Source of the DNA: the human T2T-CHM13v2.0 reference genome, Homo sapiens
Length of the DNA stretch: 64,000 nt
Strand: one strand, 5' to 3'
Assembly: GCF_009914755.1 (NCBI RefSeq)
Contig: NC_060928.1
Shown here: positions 53,393-64,000 of the stretch, piece after piece
Layout of the letters: the number at the start of each line of letters is the position of its first letter
Position numbering within the stretch: position 1 is the first letter of the stretch
Program-made: the position numbers and the translations under genes
The notes under the pieces: generated by a model
Seen by the model: only the letters and a program-made list of their open reading frames with translations
What the model was told of the DNA's origin: nothing
Databases searched by the model: none

Positions 53393-55358
53393 ACCTTGAT
53401 TTCTTTAGAGTATATATTTAGTAACTTTATTTCTTTTTTTGTACCTGCATATTCTGCTTATGTAACTACTAGCTTTAAAAATTCTGAATTCAAAGAACAA
53501 TGTCCAATTACATAAGCAATTAAGATGATGTCATTAGAGGTGGGTAGAGATTAGAAATCTACTATAGCATCATCGGAATCCAAGTGAGAGGTGAAGGTTC
53601 TGGAGTTTGAAGCCTGAGGGAATCAAGTCTGTGAAAAAAAGAGCTGCTAGAGAGAAATGCAGAAAGTTAATTACTGTTTGAAGATATCATTGTTAGAGTG
53701 TGAGAAGAAGAAAAGAGATGAGCAAAACAAAACAAAACAAAAAATAAAAACTAAAAAGTGAATATTCTTAATCTAATGGTTTATTTCCAGACACACATGC
53801 AAACTTTTTAGGAGCACACACAGATGCAATAGACCCATATATAGAGGGCAGCAAGACTGAATATAAGATTCAGCATAAGGAGAGATTGTGTATAAAGTGG
53901 TATGGAAAGATTGGACGGAGAGGAGTGTATGTTCATTTGTAGCATGTTTTGGACAAGGCCCTAGATTTTGGTTTGAGTGGTGGTTTCACTGCCACTAAGT
54001 TACCATATATTACTTAACAATAACTCTTATACAAAGGTGAACACCAGAAGAGAAATTAACTCTAACAGGCCAATTATTACAAAGAAATCGCTTCCCAAAC
54101 AGAAAATATGAAGGGAGAAAAGATCACAGTTATAATATGAACAAAAAGGATGAACTCAGAAATTAATGAGAAAGGTACACTCTTAGGGTTTTGGAGACTG
54201 GGGGTTTACATGTCAGCTTTAGAAATAATGCCATTTTTCTGGGCTCCGCATCCTCATCTAGAAATAAGAGAATCAGGTTACACAATTTTAGAATCTCTTT
54301 CAGCTTTAATAGGCTGTGTCTATACACACTTCCTTGTTGAAATTTTCAATGAACTTGTCTGTAGCGTAAGTATTTCCGTGACCTTTCATTGCCTCTAGTA
54401 AATATCTTGACTAATCATCTAGAACATAAAAACAAAAACATTGTTTTTAAAACCTGAACAGGAAGAAAAATTGTTTAAAGTAGTTATCTTTTTATTTCTC
54501 TATTTTGTTTGGGGGAAATAAAGATCTGAGTGCCTGGGATGTGAGATGTCTCCTGATGGTTAGTATGATTTGCAGTGCTATATCCCTTCTGGCTTTATTT
54601 TTATGCATATATTTCTGAAATTTTAGTGAGAGGCAAATAATGGAATGTGGTTGTTTTGTATTGGAGAGAATAATACATTTAGGTCAAAAGAACTATGTCT
54701 GACTCCAGCTTTGCTGGTTAGTAGTGGTTAGTACCATTTGACCTTACATAAATCAGTTCACTACTAAATAGAAGAGTCCTGATCTATACAATGAGATAGT
54801 AATATAACCTCTGCAGGGTTGCTGTGAACATAGAAAGGAGTAGTATAATGTCATTTTATAAAATGTAAAATGTTATGCATACTTCTTAAATTATTTCACT
54901 AGCAGATTGCGAAAATTCTATTTTGAAAGTTTCCTATGTATGCATGTCTTGCTTGATCTGAAAAGAAGTACCCTATTGTTTGTGCAGTCAATATTGGCTT
55001 GGCTTTGTTGCCTCCAAATTGAGTGCTTTTTCAACATGCTGGAAGACATTTTTAGAGGTAGTGTTTTCCCCCTCTGTCGAATAGATGATTTCATGTATTC
55101 AAATGCCTCCTCTGAATTGCACTCCAAGAGTTTTGATAAAGAATGCTGCTTATGGGCAAAATTATACAAAATGGAAAGCCTTCGTTTCTGACAAAGTAAT
55201 CTCATCTGTCTAGATTTTGCAAACAGTGGGGTCAGGATGGCTGGGATTAGGGGTTCCTTAAACATTGCTTGAGTTTTCAAACTCAAATGCTTCCAGGGGC
55301 CAGGGCCATGCGGGTAATGAATGGCAACCCCTAAATGATAATCTTTTACTTTCTTCTT

Positions 55359-56920
<1,562 letters not shown>

Positions 56921-57449
56921 TCTTTTACTTTCTTCTTAATTGAACAGCAACAAAACCAGCATAAGCTTATTGATAAATGTCAAGTGGCACTCTCATGGGG
57001 AGAAGAGAGAATGTTGGGGATATTGTAAAATCAACTGCAAATACCCATCTAAAGGGGGTGTCTACTACTCAGTGATAACCAATTATTGCCGATCTGACTT
57101 TTCAGGAAGGACTCCACATCTTTTTATGTCTAAAATGCTCATAGATAATTCAAATTTCAAAAATCACTGTGCTGATCAATGCTGTTTATGGGGGGGAAAT
57201 GTTCTGTGCTGGCTTCCAGTGGCCAGATGATGACCACTAAGTGAGACATGTATTATTGGGGGAAAACATATTTTTGCAATTAATAAGAGTCTCTTGTTCA
57301 TCCCTTTCCATCCAGAATTCTCTCTCGCATTTTAGGTCTCATAACACTGAATCTATAATTATTTACTAAATGCATTGTTTCTTCTAGTTTTCTCTTGACT
57401 AGAAGGTAGATTGGAGAAGGCAAGGAATTAGATTTCTGAGGTCCCCAGG

Positions 57450-58115
<666 letters not shown>

Positions 58116-58557
58116 TGCACACATTTTCGTAAATAAATGTGCTCACTCAGTCCAGGTGGATCACAGGTAAAGAAGGCCAGTTTTGTATCATGCTCTTCTC
58201 CTCCTGCTTGATGGAGTGGGAACAGAGGTGGGGTAGGGCACAACCAGGCTCCATGACCCACTGCTCTATGTTATCTAGCACAGAGCTGGGTTCCTTTATA
58301 GGATACTCTTTACTGTTCTTTGTTTTAAAAATTTACTGTTACACCAATGCATAATTTTAAAATTCTCACTTTTAGGAGAGTGATCAAAAGAAGCCAACTT
58401 GCTTTCCTACTTTCCTGGTCAATAGCAAGAATTCATGTACGATTTGAAGCTCCTGCAGCACATTAACCCAAACAAAGCATTGGTAAACCAGAGACGGTGC
58501 AACCGTCCAGGTATGATTCTAATTGTTCCAGGAAAAGGCCAGTTCTGTGTGATATGA

Positions 58558-59130
<573 letters not shown>

Positions 59131-59313
59131 TAAATATTCATATAGGAAACTTTGTTACCTTTATTGCCAACAAAGAAGAAGTATTGTCAGGATTAATATA
59201 CCCATGGAAATCTAATTCTGACCTCTGCCAAGCACAGTAATAAGGGGGAAATGTATTTTGACTATTAAGTATAACTTTCTTTACAAAATCTCTGATTTTA
59301 AGTGATTGCCTGA

Positions 59314-59655
<342 letters not shown>

Positions 59656-60587
59656 TAATTTTTCATTGTTAATGAACCACTTTGACAGGGAAATTCGCAG
59701 ATTTTCTTTCTAGGTAAGCTAGGAGGCTTTCACATAAATATTCACTTAATTCCATTGACAACCTGGAAAGAGGGCTTTGTTTCTCATTCTACAGGTAAAG
59801 ATGCTAAGGCTCAGTGAGGCTAATAAAGTTTCTCAAAATCACAAACCAAGTCAGTGCAAGAGCAGACATCAGCCATGCCTTAACTGTATACTACTTTGCA
59901 GAGGGCATATCAATTGAGATTCTTTTTGTTGCAGTTAACAAGAAGCAGCGGGAGTTTTGTAGTAACTGTCAGAGTGGATGGGAGATTAGACAACTGAAGA
60001 ACCAAGACAAGTCTTAGAACAGCTTCCAGATATCTAGCCAGCAGGATCCTCTCTGGGCTTCTCTTTAGAATGAAAAGCTCAAAAATTGTCTTCCTTGTCT
60101 TAATTCAGCTTGCTGGCAATTCAAAGTACCAGGAGAGAAATTCCTATTGTCCCAAATGAAATCACACACTCCTTTGCTGGGGAAAGGCAGCAAAGGTCCT
60201 GATCACATTTAGTGCCACCAAGACTGCTTATCCCTGGGAGAAATAATTCCCCTACGTGAAATAAAGCTGCCCTCAGGAAGGGAAAATGGGTGCTGAGATA
60301 TATCCTTCCTTCCAAAAAGTCCACTAAAGTCCACATGCACTGACGGAGGGAGTTAGTTACATACACAAAAAGGAAAAGTCCATATGCAGTTGTCCTTTAG
60401 GACATCAACCTATTGTAATACTAAGAATATTCCCTAATTTCTCTTAATAATCTATTATAGAGCTTTCATACCTGGATTCGCTCAGATCCTTCATGAATGT
60501 CTTCTTATATAATGGATCCAAGACCACCAACTCGGATAAAATTTTTGCTGGTAGTTTTTACATAACTACTTTAGGCAAAAAATAGTA

Positions 60588-61018
60588 CAATCGACCCTTG
60601 AACAACGTGGGGATTAGGGATGCCAACCCCTGTGCCGTCAAAAGTCTGCGTATAAGTTTTGACTTCCCAAAAACCTAACTATTAGTAGCCTGCTGTTGAC
60701 TGGAAACCTTATTGATAATATACATAGCCAATTAATACATATTTTATATGGTATATGTATTAAATACTGCATTCTTATAATAAAGTAAGTTAGAGAAAAG
60801 AAAATATTATTAAGAAAATCATAAGGAAGAGAAAATACACTTTCTATTCAGTAAGTGGAAGTGGATCATCACAAAGGTCTTCATCCTCATCGTGTTCGTG
60901 TTGAGTAGGCTGAGTAGGAGGAAGAGGAGGGGTTGCTCTTGCTGTCTTATGGGTGGCAGAGGTACCACATATAAGTGAACATGCACAGTTCAAACCCATG
61001 TTGTTTGAAGGTCACCTC
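60588..61018. mobile_element. Tigger2a/MER28-type DNA transposon
   Basis: TA-flanked TIRs CAATCGACCCTTGAACAACG / ATGTTGTTTGAAGGTCACCTC. Confidence 0.85.
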
Positions 61019-61618
61019 TACTTTGATTTGATCTAAATGACCACCTTTGAGATTCCAAGAATGTCTATATTCAGAACATGATACACAAAGACTTTTACTC
61101 ACAGACGTCGTGATTTATAAAATGTGATATGCCCTCTCCTGTTCTTGGAAGTTTTGTCACATTTCTGACTCTTTGTATGTATCCCTCAACTGCAACAGGA
61201 TGAAGCAGTCTAGTCATAGCCCGAGCTAGGTAAGTCCCAACCACTCAGGTGGCAACAGACAGAGCTTGATGTCCAAAGAGTGTGACAAATGATCCTAGAC
61301 TTCTAAATGAAATTTGTAGAGTGTCCTGATGGAAAAATCTAAGAATGAGAAATACCCTTCATTTCTAGTCTGGTTGAGAGTCAATATCACAAAAGTTTGT
61401 CAGTGGTAGTAGGGTTCAGACCACTGAGCTGGAGTTCGGGGGCAAAACTCCAAGTCACTCATTCATGCTCTAAATGCCCCATCAGTCTATGGAGAAGGCT
61501 GTCCCAGATAGGTGCCCTTTGTCAGTGGAACTTCTCCAGTCCACCTTGTACTTGGTTCACCAGTTACTTTAATTGTGGCTTTCCTAATTCATTGATCTCC
61601 TGCATTTGGACTTTGTAC

Positions 61619-62237
61619 TGTGAAGGGAAAATAAATCTTGGGACCCCAAAATCACTAAGCCAAGGGAAAAGTCAAACTGGGAACTACATCAGGCAAACTT
61701 GTCTCCCATTTTAATTCCTAAATAAGATAGCTAAAAATATGAGTTACCTCCCTCACAATTTGCCGACAAGGAAATTCACTGTAGACCTCAAGATCTTTAC
61801 CCTAAAACAGTTCTGTTGAATTTCACAACTTATCTTCACAGGTACAAATTGTCATCGCTCTGCTCACCTGAGGCAAATGCATATCTGACTGCTTCTTCTG
61901 CCCTATTTATGTAAAAATGCAGATTCACTGAGCCAGTGTATTCAGTGAATACACTGTGTATTGTGTATTCAGTGAAAGGCTGATCAAGGACTCAAAAGAA
62001 CACAGCCTTTTGTTTCTTATCTACCTATGACCTGGAAGGCCCCCACCATTATCCACTTAGAATTGTCCCACCTTACCTGACTGAACCAATGTACACCTTA
62101 TGCATATTGATTGATGTCTCACATCTCCCTAAAATGTATAAAAGCAAGCTGTATCACAACCACCTTGGGCACATGTCATCAGGACCTCTTTAGGCTGTGG
62201 AATGGGTGTGTCCTTAACTTTGGTAAAATAAACTTTC
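61619..62237 (+). mobile_element. MER4A-type ERV1 LTR, interrupted just after its AATAAA by an L1
   Basis: TGTGAAGGGAAAATAAATCTTGGGACCCCAAAATCACTAAGCC start; ...CTTAACTTTGGTAAAATAAACTTTC then the L1 poly-T. Confidence 0.88.

Positions 62238-64000
<1,763 letters not shown>

Overview
Primate (human-like) genomic DNA, repeat-dominated and intergenic or deep-intronic. I see no intact cellular protein-coding gene, RNA gene or CRISPR array; almost all listed ORFs derive from L1, Alu, mariner or microsatellite sequence. Main contents: an RPL7L1 processed pseudogene (55359-56920, minus, perfect 17-bp TSD), three large L1 copies, a full-length decayed Hsmar1 mariner plus an expanded MADE1, several solo LTRs, DNA-transposon relics (Ricksha, Tigger, MER20/45/58/96) and about 18 Alu-family SINEs. 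The most notable structures read from the sequence are: (1) an L1 3' fragment co-inserted with a 236-bp non-L1 segment containing an exon-like 108-nt cassette, all inside one TSD; (2) a ~640-bp inversion that splits an AluJ and flips one of its TSD copies; (3) a near full-length L1PA that integrated from a 5'UTR-spliced RNA; (4) a 63-bp near-perfect palindrome next to an expanded MADE1 hairpin. Repeat family names come from my recall of consensus sequences, not from a search. Boundaries of old elements are approximate. I found no evidence of a new multi-gene system.
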